This document shows, in pieces, positions 13,029 to 25,910 of a stretch of 64,000 nucleotides of DNA. The stretch is from Eledone cirrhosa. Its lineage: Eukaryota. The stretch spans positions 97,588,001-97,652,000 of the forward strand of contig OZ024746.1 of assembly GCA_964016885.1 (NCBI GenBank), given 5' to 3'. Position 1 is the stretch's first letter. Each line of letters begins with the position of its first letter. A program made the position numbers and the translations under genes. The notes beneath the pieces were generated by a model. The model searched no databases. It was not told where the DNA came from and worked only from the letters and a program-made list of their open reading frames with translations.

Positions 13029-13064
<36 letters not shown>

Positions 13065-13065
<1 letters not shown>

Positions 13066-13468
13066 CATCATCATTTCATCATTTCATTTTACGTCCAATT
13101 TTACCTGCTTGCAAGGGTGGGACGGGAACTGATTCTGGCTTGATTTCTACAGCTGGATGCCCTTCCTAACACCAACCTCATTTACAGTGAGTGATGGGTG
13201 CTTTTTTGCCGTGGCACCTCCACCAACCTCATTTACAGTGAGTGCTGGGTGCTTTTTTTCCATGGCGCCTACACATCCACTTTACAGTGTGGGCTGGGAA
13301 TGATAGGGACCCCAGTCCTTATCATCTCATTTCTACAGCTGAGTAAACTGGAGCAATGTGAAATAAAGTGTCTTGCTCAAGGAAACAACACATCACCCGG
13401 TCTGAGAATTGAACTCACAACCTTTCGATTACAAAGCCAATGCTCTAACCACTAAGCCATGTGCACCC
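13065..13468 (-). mobile_element. tRNA-derived SINE family B with RTE-2 tail
   Basis: Head TGGCTTAGTGGTTAGAGCA...GAGTTCAATTC, core CCTTGAGCAAGACACTT, tail CCCACCCTTGCAAGCAGG...GGACGTAAAATG; flanked by (TA)n. Confidence 0.85.
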
Positions 13469-13783
13469 ATAAATAAATATATATATATCTACACCTAGGA
13501 AAAATTATGGAAGATTAGATTTCACAAAGAATCAAATTGTGGAAATGGAAATTCTTCTTTTTACAGAAAATTCTCAAATTGATTTTAAGTTAAAGAAATA
13601 AAGGTATTGACACACTTAAAAAAACTTGATTAATTTTTCACATTACAAAATATTTTCATAAAATATTTATTTTTAAATTTGAATATGAAACTTTTGCCAA
13701 TATTTGGTTTAGAATAGGGATATTGTATCATTGTGTGCTGTAAAAGCGAACTGAAACAATTGACACCAAGAAGGGCATCTGAC

Positions 13784-14089
13784 CAGAGCTTGATTTAATG
13801 GGGGGCAAAGGGGGCAATTGCCCCTGGCCCCTGCAGTGGAGGCCCCACCAGCAATGGCGGTAGCAATTTATTTGTACCCTCAGCTGGGCTTTTTAGTTTT
13901 AGGATGGTTAGAATTTTTGAATTTGATACCTGTATGTATAACTTTTCAATTCCAATAACTTACACCAAGTTGACTTTCAAATGTAAAATTGGAAGGTTTG
14001 CTGTGTATTCTAATTCTATGTGTATGAGAGGCCCCCTTCCCACTCCAAACCTGAAGTGTCTCGGGCCCCCCAAGGTCTAAATCTAACTG
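13784..14089. mobile_element. hAT-like MITE
   Basis: Reverse-orientation homologue of 3213-3509. Confidence 0.7.
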
Positions 14090-14567
14090 ACTATCACAGT
14101 TCTTATTTGGTATCAGCTTTGATGCTGTTTAACCAATACAACCTTTCTAGACTGTATTGATCCCTGTGCTATCTTTATGATCACAATAATTTAGAAATAC
14201 ATCTGGAAAGTTACCATCAGAAAACAGACAAATATTATACTGATAACTAAACTAAACTTTATTCAACCATTCTTTATCCCAATAATTTGATAGTAAATCA
14301 TTGCCTCCAATAGGAGTCCATGGTGAATATAAAGTCTGATATGAAGCCCACATATCTAATCTCTGGTTTAGCAGTGAAAATGGCCTCAAAATGCATGTTG
14401 TGGTAAAGTAATGCCCCTTGAGGTTTGAGGACATAGAACAATGTCATGTTACAATGTTCTGGCCTTTCCTCAGATCTTTAGCACAAATGACATGAAATGA
14501 TTCTAATCAAAGACCAAAACTGTATCACAGATTTGGTTCACAAAGAAGTTTCTGCCATACTACTTAA

Positions 14568-14849
14568 CCCTTTAGCATTTACATTACTCTATATATACTA
14601 CTATATATACTACTTTATCTCACATAATTATCTCACATAGCATTTACATTATTATATATATTTACATTATTATATATATTTACTATTATATTTTCACAGT
14701 AAATGCTTTATCTCACATAATATCGAAGCTATGAGATTTTGATGATTTTATTTATTTTGAGAATAATACCTTAACATTGGTATGGCCAGTTTAAACAGAA
14801 AGAGGTGGGAGGATTCTGGCCAGATATGGCTGGTTTAAATGCTAGTGGC
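14568..14849. mobile_element. piggyBac-type MITE with internal duplication
   Basis: TTAA-flanked; the left subterminal segment is repeated. Confidence 0.75.
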
Positions 14850-15374
14850 TTAAATATATAACAAGCAAATTCAACTTCAATGAACACAAAACACCAATAT
14901 TCCACAATTCACCAACCAGAAACAATTTAGATAAGTTATTTAAGAATTAATGTAGTGAACTTTGCAAAGAATACATAGAAATTGGAATTGATTACAAATT
15001 ATTAACTGACATTAATTATTCATCAAAGACTAATTTAATAAACTTATTAAATTTTGATGAATCAATACATTTGAAAAATCATTTTGATGCACCAAATATG
15101 TTCAGCTATATAATCAGCAGAAACCAACAAACAAAAAACTTGTCATTTCTTAATTGTATTTTCAAATTATAAATTATGATATTCTTTTACAAACATGATA
15201 TTTAAGATGACTTAATCATTACTTGAGTTTAGTCTTTGGTTCATGAGATTCTTGTGGTGGTTACTTTCAATCAATTTATCCTTGGTATATTATTAGTATT
15301 TATTGTCAAGATATCTGGAGGTTAAAATAAGAAAGCAGCCCCTAATACTTAAAAAATAGCAGCATGCAGTCATA

Positions 15375-15685
15375 GGCCTCCTTTGGTCATGAATGATCAT
15401 GGTTTTGCAGCTAGAAAGTACCCCCTCCAATGTGTGTTTGTGGAAGACCAGCAATCACTCATGCATACCAATCTCCCCTCTCCATGTCACCAATATTGTC
15501 CAAAGGAAAGGCAATGGCTGATATAGCTTGGCACCAGTGATGTCATAACTCATTTCTATAGCTGAGTCAACTGGATCAACATGAAATATAGTGTCTTGCT
15601 GAAGAACACAATGCATCACTCAGTCCGGTATTCAAACTTACAATGGGGAGCTCAATACTCTAACCACTGAGCCATGTACCTTCAC
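15375..15685 (-). mobile_element. tRNA-derived SINE with family B head and a different body
   Basis: Head TGGCTCAGTGGTTAGAG and core CAGCAAGACACT; the body is shared with about 20805-20950. Confidence 0.6.
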
Positions 15686-15828
15686 CAGCGTACAGTGATT
15701 ATGTCTTAATTGTTAGATTCCACCAGAGAAAATATAACTTATTATGTACAGATCCTTAACTTTTGATGGAATTGTAGGCAGGAAGTTGTTACTATCTACT
15801 CTCTAGGTGTGAACAAAACCAATTTCAA

Positions 15829-16136
15829 ATGGTGAAGGTGATGATGATGATGATGATGATGATGATGAGAGTGACGATGATGGTAATGGTGGTGATGATG
15901 ATGGTGGTGGTAATGGTGATGACAATAATGGTGATGACGATGATGGTGATGGTAATGATGATGATTATGGTGTCGATGGTGAAGATGATGATGATGGTGA
16001 TGGCGATTATGATGGTGGTGATGATGATTATGATGGTGGTGATGGTGGTGGTGGTGGTGGTGGTAATGATGGTGATGGTGGTGGCGGTGGTGGTAATGGT
16101 GGTGATGATGGTGATGATGATGGTGATGTTGATGAC

Positions 16137-16170
<34 letters not shown>
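15829..16170. repeat. (ATG/GTG)n trinucleotide microsatellite
   Basis: Read directly from the sequence. Confidence 0.95.
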
Positions 16171-16171
<1 letters not shown>

Positions 16172-16399
16172 AGAAGTAAAATGTTGCCAATATAAAGGTA
16201 ACATAATAGTATCTTTTATACAAAACATCCATTAATTCTATTTCTTGTTAAACACTTGAATATTTTACAATTTTATTGAAATTTGGTTTCAATAAATTTG
16301 AACATTTTACAAATTTCAGAATTTAGAAGTTCCATTAAAATTGACTTTTACATGTAATTTAATCGAAAGTAATTAGAGAAAGCTATTTAAACTGGAATA

Positions 16400-16945
16400 T
16401 CGTGTCCCTGTGCTACACAGAATAATACAACTGCACCCAAACAACGAATCAAGGAATCAAGATAATCTGTTAATCCAAGCTACTTTCTTTGACACTAAAC
16501 TCCACCAGTTGCAGACTACACATCAACATGATATTTTTCTCCACAAAGTTCGATCACCAGCAGCAGAGTTTAAAAAGCAAAAGATCAAGTCCAGTCCATA
16601 AGTTGACATTATCAAGCCATCGTTTTGGCTGCTGGCCTCTGCTTCTCTTACCAGCCAACCTTACTTCCAGGCATAACCTACTCACACCACGAGTTGATCT
16701 TTTTATATGACCGTATAGTTTGAGTACTCTTGACTTGACAATTGATTTAATTGGTCTAAGTCTGGTAATGTTGAGCAGCTCACTGATACAGATACGGTCG
16801 CTGAGCTGCTTGCCAGTCATAAGTCTCATTATGCGGTTCTGGAACGTAGAGAGCTTCTGAAGTGACCTTGTCGTCCAGTTAACACAATCAAGACCATATA
16901 ACACAACTGGTAGGATGTAAGTATCAAAAATCTTAGCCTTCAAAT
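16400..16945 (-). pseudogene. C-terminal fragment of another RTE-like LINE
   Basis: KIFDTYILPVVLYG.D, L..FQNR.MR, LKLYGHIKR and GKRSRG....RWLD match the RTE ORF C-terminus pattern. Confidence 0.75.
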
Positions 16946-17179
16946 GATAAGAAACTCATTTTGATGCTAGTAGTTCCTTGTTCTTGTTGAAAGCTGCCCA
17001 ACCTAGAGCAAGTTATCTTTAACTGAAACAAGTGTGTATGTTCACTTCTGTTCATTCATGTGTGACAACACTACAGTAGTATTAGTATGGAGGGCTTTAA
17101 TCCCTTGGAGACTTCCAACACAAAAGATTGGGGTATGGCTAGAAAAATCAACCATAAATTCAAAAGAGGATCACATTAA

Positions 17180-17410
17180 CACTTTAGCATTTAAACCGGC
17201 CATATCTGGCCAGAATTCTCTCACCTCTTTCTGTTCAAACCGGCTGTAACTGACCACTCATACTGATGTTAAGGTATTGTTCTCAAAATAAATATCAAAA
17301 TCTCATAGATTCGTCATTATCTGAGATAATTATTTGAGATAATTATGTGAGATAAGGCCTTTACCATGAAAATACAATAGTAAATGTAGAGTAAATTAAA
17401 TGCTAAAGGG
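17180..17410. mobile_element. piggyBac-type MITE
   Basis: TTAA-flanked with family TIRs. Confidence 0.85.
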
Positions 17411-17866
17411 TTAAATTTCTGAGGAAACTACTGATCTGATAGTGAAAAAAAAAAAAGTCCAAAATCTTCAGTTGTGTCAAAGAGATGAAAACCTCTGCAG
17501 TGTTAGCGCTATAATAAAATGCACACAGCATTTTCTGAAGTGTGGGGATGAATCTATGTCTGATGTGACCCATGACCCTTCTTGGAGTTCAGTAACTTCC
17601 ATCATGTACTGACATGGTCTGTGATGACCCATCCAACCCTCGTTAGCAGATAGGAAAATAATATTCTACAGAAGTTGCTCCATGTTCATCCAGTTTAGAA
17701 TAGGTGTACCATATCTTGTATGTCCTAAGAGGGGACTAAAATGGTTAGAAACAGAAAAGGCATCAAGCTGTAAAACATTGCCTAAAAAAGAACCGCATGA
17801 TGATATTGAAGTCTGTCTTGAGGTCTGCAAAGCTAGCCCTTGCTTTAACAGAGAAAATAGCCTTAA

Positions 17867-18087
17867 CCCTTTAGCCTTTACATTACTCTATATTTACTTA
17901 TGTATTTTCATGGTAAATGCTTTATCTCACATAGTTATCTCACATAATATCGCATCTACGAGATTTTAATATTATTTATATTGAGAACAATATCTTCACA
18001 TCAGTATGAGTGGCCAGTTATGGCTGGTTTGAATAGAAAAAGCTGAGAGAATTCTGGCCGGATATGGCTGGTTTAAATTCTAAAGGG
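17867..18087. mobile_element. piggyBac-type MITE
   Basis: TTAA|CCCTTTAG...TAAAGGG. Confidence 0.85.
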
Positions 18088-18180
18088 CTAAAACATTCTA
18101 TCTAACCCATACCAACATAAAAAAGTAATATTGAGGACGGTGATGTATCTCTGAAACTATCATAAAACTGCTAGAGTTAA

Positions 18181-18387
18181 ACCTTTACCATTTTCATTAC
18201 TCTATATTTACTGTTGTATTTTTGTGTAAAGGCTTTATCTCACATAATATCAAATTCATAAGATTTTGATATCATTTATTTTGAGAACAATACTTTAGTG
18301 TCAGTATGAGCAGCCAGTTACAGTCAGTTTGAACAGAAAGAGCTGAGAAAATTCCAACCAGATATGGCCAGTTTAAATGCTAAAGGA
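18181..18387. mobile_element. piggyBac-type MITE
   Basis: TTAA-flanked, degenerate TIRs, same internal sequence as other copies. Confidence 0.8.
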
Positions 18388-18635
18388 TTAAGGCAGTGCC
18401 CCAGCTTGGCCAGAATCTGATTAAAACCAGTAAAAGAATAAAAGAATATGTCTGTTATATGTATGACATTCACAAGATAATAAAAAAAATCTCTTTCATT
18501 ACACACATTTCAATCTAATTACAGAAGTCATCTAAACATCATTGAAGACAACATAGCACATTGTTTGATGAGAGAATGGATGATAGGGAAAAGAGGAAAT
18601 TGAGATTCGCAAGATAATCAACACTATGACAGTGT

Positions 18636-18645
18636 AGTGATGATG

Positions 18646-18677
<32 letters not shown>

Positions 18678-18741
18678 GAAGATGATGATGAAGATGATGA
18701 TGATGATGATGATGAAGATGATGATGAAGATGATGATGATA

Positions 18742-18773
<32 letters not shown>

Positions 18774-18818
18774 GATGAAGATGATGATGAAGATGATGAT
18801 GATGTTGATGATGATGAT
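18636..18818. repeat. (GAT)n microsatellite
   Basis: Read directly from the sequence. Confidence 0.95.
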
Positions 18819-18963
18819 AAAGAATAAAGAATGTAATACACAACATCTCATCTACTATTGTTCAATATAAGTACTGGCCAATTGTGTGAAATGGAAGCAG
18901 TCAATAATAGATGGGGACATGTGTATACAGAGGGACAATCAGTTATGAGCGTGTGTGTGTGTG

Positions 18964-19260
18964 CAGGGCCAGATTTAATAAGGGAGAAAGGAAGCAACTG
19001 CCCCATGGCTCCTACAGTGAGGGCCCTCACGAGCAACAGCCGTAGCAATTTATGTGTGCCCTCAGCTGGGCTTTTTAGTTTTAGGATGGTTAGAATTTTT
19101 GAATTTAATACCTGTATGTATAACTTTTCAATACCAATTACTTGCACCAAGCTAACTTTGATATGTAAAATTGAGGGGTTTGATGTGTGTTCTAAATTGT
19201 GTGTATGAGCACCCACCCCCCACCACCCAAACCTGCCCCCAACGTCTAAATCCAACTCTG
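18964..19260. mobile_element. hAT-like MITE
   Basis: TIRs CAGGGCCAGATTTA / TAAATCCAACTCTG; internal homology to 3213-3509. Confidence 0.75.
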
Positions 19261-19341
19261 CCTTCACACCTATATGTCAACATATAATAGAGTACTTATA
19301 AGTAAGATTCTCTTTACTGATGTTTATTATAGACTTCTAAA

Positions 19342-19724
19342 TCATCATCATTTTACGTCCGGTTTTCCCTGCTTGCAAGGATGGGACGGGAACTGATTCT
19401 GGCTTGATTTCTACAGCTGGATGCCCTTCCTAACACCAACCTCATTTACAGTGAGTGCTGGGTGCTTTTTTTTTCCGTGGTGCCTACACGTCCACTTTAC
19501 AGTGTAGGCTGGGTGCTTTTTTGCCGTGGCACCTCCACGACCGCTTTGCTGTGGAATGGTAGGGACCACAGTCCCTATCATCTCATTTCTACAGCTGAGT
19601 AAACTGGAGCAATGTGAAATAAAGTGTCTTGCTCAAGGAAACAACACATCGCCCGGTCTGAGAATTGAACTCACAACCTTTCGATTGTAATGCCAATGCT
19701 CTAACCACTAAGCCATGTGCCTCC
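19342..19724 (-). mobile_element. SINE family B, full length, RTE-2 tail
   Basis: Closely similar to 13065-13468. Confidence 0.88.
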
Positions 19725-20700
19725 ATACACTTTAATATTCCTATCAATGTATGCTTAAGCATTTAGTATTTCATCATATCATCATACTGTGGCCTCAACC
19801 GAAATAGACTCAACAATTGATCTGCACGTGGGTCTGTTGCCAAGTCCTGGATTTCAATACCAGAATCTATAGAGATGACAGCGGGATAGGAGAGCTTGTG
19901 CCCCCTCTTATTAGTGACTGCTTGAGGTTTCCAAAGCACTAATGAGGACACAGCTTCATAGGTGGCATGATGGCATTTTTTATGGGTAAAACCAACTGAT
20001 AGGAGATCCAGGTGTAGACCAGAGCAAGATGGTTGGATAACATCCATGAGCTTGGGGATCCCACCAGATCAGTTGGAGATGGTTGCTTCTGGCAGGACCT
20101 GCTGGAAGGAGTGTTTCAGAACTCTGCTCCGATGACCCTCTCAGGAATATGTGGGCTAAGAAGAAGAAATTGGAGCAAGAGGATTTATAGGCAAATGTGC
20201 ACAGCTTCTCCTGAAATAATCTGTTTTTGTGAAGAAGAGGAGCAAAACCCTAAAGACAATGGCAGCGGTAACCAAAAAGGGATCCAGCTGGAAATGATTA
20301 AGGAACAGGTCCGATCTTCCTAAGGCTTAAGTACACATAATAAGTCTCAAATAGCAGAAGAGCTCACACACGTCATGGCTGGGGTACAGCCTGGCACCTC
20401 TTAAAGTGTAAAGTGTTAAGGGCTGAAACACTGCATGATTGGTTCTTCTTTAGAATCTTCTCCTCTCTAGCTCCCAACAGAGTTTCTTGCTACTAAACTA
20501 ATTATAAACATCCTGTATTGATTTAGGAAAAAATATCTAAAAATAAGTTTGTGAATTTGTGAGCCATACGAGATGGAACGGCTCTTCCAACACATCTCCC
20601 TCACCATCCTTTGGGGAAACACCTTCTCTAATCCGTTTGCTCAGACCACAGGGTGGCCAACACGTGTGCCCTCATTTTCTTACAATAGTGAGAGATGGGG

Positions 20701-20784
<84 letters not shown>

Positions 20785-21324
20785 AACAGATATAATACTC
20801 GACGACCCCCTTCAGTCATGAAAGACCATGTGATTTACACATAGAAAATGTCTCTCCGAGGCACAAGTCCGGGCAAGGTTGTTTGAGGAAGACCAGTAGT
20901 CACCCATGAATACCAGTCTCCCCTCTCCACACTACCGATGATGTCCAAGGGACATGCCTTATTCTTTTGTAGTAGACATTTTTTTATTCTAATAAGTCTA
21001 AAGAATATAATACTAATTCAAAGAAAATTTACAAAAATGTAAAGAATGTGAAAGTCTTCATTGTGTATTGTTTATGAGTAAGGAGTGAGAAGCTGGATAA
21101 GAGCAATATAAAAGAGTTATAAAACATTAAAACAATGGATATATATATATACTGGACCTCCTGGGGGAATTTTTCATGGCAGTACAAGACCCCTTATGGG
21201 CCTGAAGCAGGCAAAGATTTTTCTGAAAATGGATGTTGCATTGTTGCTGTGGGGTCTTCTTAGCTCTTGGGCCCTGAATATATTAGAAATTAATTTTAAA
21301 TTGTACAAAAATGAAGATCCTTAC

Positions 21325-21537
21325 CTCCACATGCTTCAGCGTATAAAACTTTAATTCTTTTCTGTTTTATACAACTGGACCTTTTCAAGTTGCATTCACT
21401 GGTGTAAGAGACCAGATCACTACCACATACAGGAGAAAAGATGTCATTGCATTTCTCAATACATTTGCAATAGGGTGTAGTGTTGTTTTTAAGAAAGCAT
21501 TCAGCACCAAATGCACAAAATTGTGTATCACAGGGAT
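21325..21537 (-). CDS. AGRN: Internal coding exon: follistatin-N plus Kazal domain, agrin-like (symbol tentative; a tomoregulin/follistatin-type gene is not excluded)
   Basis: Translation DPCDTQFCAFGAECFLKNNTTPYCKCIEKCNDIFSPVCGSDLVSYTSECNLKRSSCIKQKRIKVLYAEACG has the 10-Cys follistatin pattern with PVCGSD..SY.SEC.L...C. On the minus strand it has a polypyrimidine tract plus TAG acceptor (AG at 21539-21538) and an AG|GTAAG donor (GT at 21324-21323). Length 213 bp, symmetric phase 1-1. Confidence 0.85.
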
Positions 21538-21769
21538 CTAACAAAAAAAAGGAGAAAATTGCAAAAAATTAGATACTTGAAATACATCATCATCATCATC
21601 ATCAATATCATCATCATCAATGTCATCAACACCACCCAATCAACCATCATATCATCATATCATCATCATCAACATCACGACCCCTTCATCATTATCACTA
21701 TCACCATCATCATCATCATTATCACTCCATCATCAACACCACCGCCATCACCACCATCATCATCATCAT

Positions 21770-21975
21770 CATATGAAGAAATGCCAGGAAATGCCAGTGG
21801 TAGGAAGTCACAGTAGAGGTAGACCGAAGAAAGACCAGGTCAGAGTTGGTGAGAGCTGACTTCAAATCACTGACACTCACAGAGGAGATGACACAGAAAT
21901 GCAGTGAATGGAGAGATGCTGTGCTGAGAAGGACCCATCCAACCCATGCAAGTGAGGAAAAACAGACATAAAAAC

Positions 21976-22038
<63 letters not shown>
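21770..22038 (+). mobile_element. 3' end of an RTE-2 LINE with long (GAT)n tail
   Basis: KKCQEMPV.G..SRGRP.K and tail CCAACCCATGCAAGTGAGGAAA; lies about 230 bp upstream of the exon acceptor. Confidence 0.7.
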
Positions 22039-22039
<1 letters not shown>

Positions 22040-22177
22040 AAACAGACAAATATAATTAAAAATATATCAAAGTAACAACATGTGAAAAAATGAGAAAAAA
22101 TATTTTACAGTTTTCTTTTGTTAAAATATCAAATTGCCATTAAAATCTCATTGGAATTACTATAAATGTTTAGTGAA

Positions 22178-23541
22178 GGGTATTGATAGAGAGGTCTGGG
22201 TGTTGGATAGAGAGGTCTGGGTGTTAGATAGAGAGGTCTGGGTGTTAGATAGAGAGGTCTGGGTGTTAGATAGAGAGGTCTGGGTGTTAGATAGAGAGGT
22301 CTGGGTGTTAGATAGAGAGGTCTGGGTGTTGGATAGAGAGGTCTGGGTGTTAGATAGAGAGGTCTGGGTGTTGGATAGAGAGGTCTGGGTGTTGGATAGA
22401 GAGGTCTGGGTGTTGGATAGAGAGGTCTGGGTGTTGGATAGAGAGGTCTGGGTGTTGGATAGAGAGGTATGGGTGTTGGATAGAGAGGTCTGGGTGTTGG
22501 ATAGAGAGGTCTGGGTGTTGGATAGAGAGGTCTGGGTGTTGGATAGAGAGGTCTGGGTGTTGGATAGAGAGGTCTGGGTGTTGGATAGAGAGGTCTGGGT
22601 GTTGGATAGAGAGGTCTGGGTGTTAGATAGAGAGGTCTGGGTATTGATAGAGAGGTCTGGGTGTTGGATAGAGAGGTCTGGGTGTTAGATAGAGAGGTCT
22701 GGGTGTTGGATAGAGAGGTCTGGGTGTTGGATAGAGAGGTCTGGGTGTTGGATAGAGAGGTCTGGGTGTTAGATAGAGAGGTCTGGGTGTTGGATAGAGA
22801 GGTCTGGGTGTTGGATAGAGAGGTCTGGGTGTTAGATAGAGAGGTCTGGGTGTTGGATAGAGAGGTCTGGGTGTTAGATAGAGAGGTCTGGGTATTGATA
22901 GAGAGGTCTGGGTGTTGGATAGAGAGGTCTGGGTGTTAGATAGAGAGGTCTGGGTGTTAGATAGAGAGGTCTGGGTGTTAGATAGAGAGGTCTGGGTGTT
23001 GGATAGAGAGGTCTGGGTGTTAGATAGAGAGGTCTGGGTGTTGGATAGAGAGGTCTGGGTGTTAGATAGAGAGGTCTGGGTGTTGGATAGAGAGGTCTGG
23101 GTGTTAGATAGAGAGGTCTGGGTGTTGGATAGAGAGGTCTGGGTGTTAGATAGAGAGGTCTGGGTATTGATAGAGAGGTCTGGGTGTTGGATAGAGAGGT
23201 CTGGGTGTTAGATAGAGAGGTCTGGGTGTTAGATAGAGAGGTCTGGGTGTTGGATAGAGAGGTCTGGGTGTTAGATAGAGAGGTCTGGGTGTTAGATAGA
23301 GAGGTCTGGGTGTTAGATAGAGAGGTCTGGGTGTTGGATAGAGAGGTCTGGGTGTTGGATAGAGAGGTCTGGGTATAGATAGAGAGGTCTGGGTGTTGGA
23401 TAGAGAGGTCTGGGTGTTAGATAGAGAGGTCTGGGTGTTAGATAGAGAGGTCTGGGTGTTAAATAGAGAGGTCTGGGTGTTAGATAGAGAGGTCTGGGTG
23501 TTGGATAGAGAGGTCTGGGTGTTGGATAGAGAGGTCTGGGT
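22178..23541. repeat. 21-bp minisatellite, about 65 units
   Basis: Unit GATAGAGAGGTCTGGGTGTT(G/A) with occasional 20-bp variants. Confidence 0.98.
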
Positions 23542-23829
23542 TGTTCAATTAGAAGAGTAAATTGGCAAAAATATTAGAGCAGTGCCTTGGTACTTGTTCT
23601 GCTTTTCTGTGTAGTGAATTCAAATCCTGCCAAGATCAACTTTGCCTTTCTTTCTTTTGGCATCAAGAAATAAAGTACCCTGGTTCTAGTGCAGCGTTCA
23701 CCAACCTGTGGTCTGTGGAGAAAATTTTGGTGGCCGCAGAAAAATTTGGACATTATTTACTTTAAAGATTTTGTTATGATTACATAGGCATTTATAATTT
23801 TGTTATAATTAAATGGAAGTTCTCTGATC

Positions 23830-24010
23830 ATTATCAGTATCGGTAGAGAATTGGACGTCATGCTTTGACGCATAGAGTCACACGGCCCTTTCCATTCTGA
23901 GTTCAAATCCCGCCGAGGTCAACTTTGCCTTTCATCCTTACGGGGTCGATAAAATGAAGTACCAGTAATACACTGGATAATTGCTGGCCTTGTGCCAAAA
24001 GTAGGAACAA
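23830..24010 (+). mobile_element. SINE family A
   Basis: B box, core and 3' end as in 12567-12750. Confidence 0.8.
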
Positions 24011-24631
24011 TTATTTTACAAATGTATTTATATATTTTTTTTTTAATTTATATTAGGGGTCCTCGGGATTGAACAATTATGAATTTAGTGGTCCATGGCA
24101 ACCACTGCTCTAGCACACAGGACATAATATATTTTAATCTATCCTTATCCATTATACAATAGAAATAGTTATTAGAATTTTAGTGTGGAGCCCTAAGCTC
24201 GCTGCCTCTTTTGTTGTTTAGTCTGTGTATGTATAATTGAAAGCACTTGTAGTGGCTGAATAATCAAAATAGCCTTAGCTAACCTAATAGTATCAATTTC
24301 TTCCAATACATTAGAGCTAGTTGACAATTAAACAGAGATTCACTTGACTTAGTGAGACTATTTTATATTGTACTAAGGTTAATCTTGCCATTATTGCATT
24401 CTAAAATTAGATAATAAATATAATTTCAATAGATGTAGGTAATTTAACTATTGTATAGTTTGTATTTGTGGCAATGCCAAGAGAAAACAATCATCTATTC
24501 TTGAAAATTTGGAGGACACTGAGGAGGCCTCCTTCCCACCTCAGGGCCACGTAATACCCTCAAGCACCCCCACCCCTATTTCCAGAGAGACTTGCCAACA
24601 CGAAAATTGTAATTAATATATAATAAATAAT

Positions 24632-24820
24632 TGTTTCTACTTTTGGTACAAGGCCAGCAATAAACCAGTGCATTACTGGTACTTTATTTTATCGACCCCC
24701 CGTAAGGATGAAAGGCAAAGTTAACCTCGGCGGGATTTGAACTCAGAATGGCAAGGACCGTAACTCTATGCATCAAAGCATGACGTCCGACCCTCTGCCG
24801 ATACTGCCAATCCATCGCCC
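24632..24820 (-). mobile_element. SINE family A, full length
   Basis: Reverse complement of the family consensus from GGGCG to GTAGAAACA. Confidence 0.85.
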
Positions 24821-25264
24821 TGTTATATAATATATAATATATAGTAATATATAATAAATAATATCATTAATTTATATATAATAAATAATATATACTATGT
24901 ATAAATAAATATATATTTTTTATTTTTACTATTTTTATATATAATATGTATCATTTGATATTTAATATACTATTATATCATCTCTATTGCCCCCTTAGGC
25001 CCCAGAGCTCCCTGGACCTTCTCAATGCCCATGGGGTGGGGGGAGTGCCCACATTGAGAACCTCTGATCTAATACATGAAAGCATACAAAGTAATCATTA
25101 AGATAACTAATTTCCACAATAATAAGATAATTTTTGTCTCATTTCATGCATTAGTCTTCATGAAAATATGTCCTTCTGTGTTAAGCTGTTTCAAACTATG
25201 TTAAGCTATGTCAGCTGTGTTTGAAATAAGTCGCATCATATGTTATGATTAACTAATCCTTAAT

Positions 25265-25910
25265 CTGATACTATGGCCATGTGGTTAGAATGTCTCAGGA
25301 AAGAATTACTGGACATATTTTACAGGCAAATCCAACTGGCAGGAGACAAAGGGGTAGACTGCAAGCAAGATGGCTGGATAACATCCATGAGCTTGGCTGG
25401 TCTCCCCTGGAAATTTAGCCAGATAAGATGGCTGGATAACATCCATGAGTTTGGCTGGTCTCCCCTGGAAATTTAGCCAGATAAGATGGCTGGATAACAT
25501 CCATGAGCTTGGCTGGTCTCCCCTGGAGATTCAGCCAGATAAGATGGCTGGATAACTTCCATGAGTTTGGCTGGTCTCCCCTGGAGATACAGCCAGATAA
25601 GATGGCTGGATAACATCCATGAGTTTGGCTGGTCTCCACTGGAAATTTAGCCAGATAAGATGGCTGGATAACATCCATGAGCTTGGCTGGTCTCCCCTGG
25701 AGATTCAGCCAGATAAGATGGCTGGATAACTTCCATGAGTTTGGCTGGTCTCCCTTGAGGATTCAGCCAGATTAGTTGGAGATGGTTGCTTTTGACAGGA
25801 CTTGCTAGAAGGAGCTTTTGAGAACCCTGCCCCAACGACCCTCCAAGGATTAAGTGGGCGGCGGAGGAGAAGGCTGGGAGGAGGGACGACTACTACTACT
25901 ACTACTACTA
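25265..25910 (+). mobile_element. 3' end of an RTE-like LINE (family RTE-3) containing a 58-bp minisatellite
   Basis: Encodes YGHVVRMSQERIT...RWLDNIHELGWS...LEMVA.DRTC; seven 58-bp units at 25369-25770. Homologous fragments at about 19980-20170, 34540-34930, 44920-45025, 54940-55250 and 56290-56405. Confidence 0.75.

Noticed and set aside
15825-18870. Poly-His/Ile/Met/Ser ORFs
   Set aside because: Artefacts of (ATG)n/(CAT)n microsatellites.
22134-23378. ORFs of repeated LDREVWV
   Set aside because: These are translations of a stop-free 21-bp minisatellite, broken by 20-bp units, with no splice or domain evidence.
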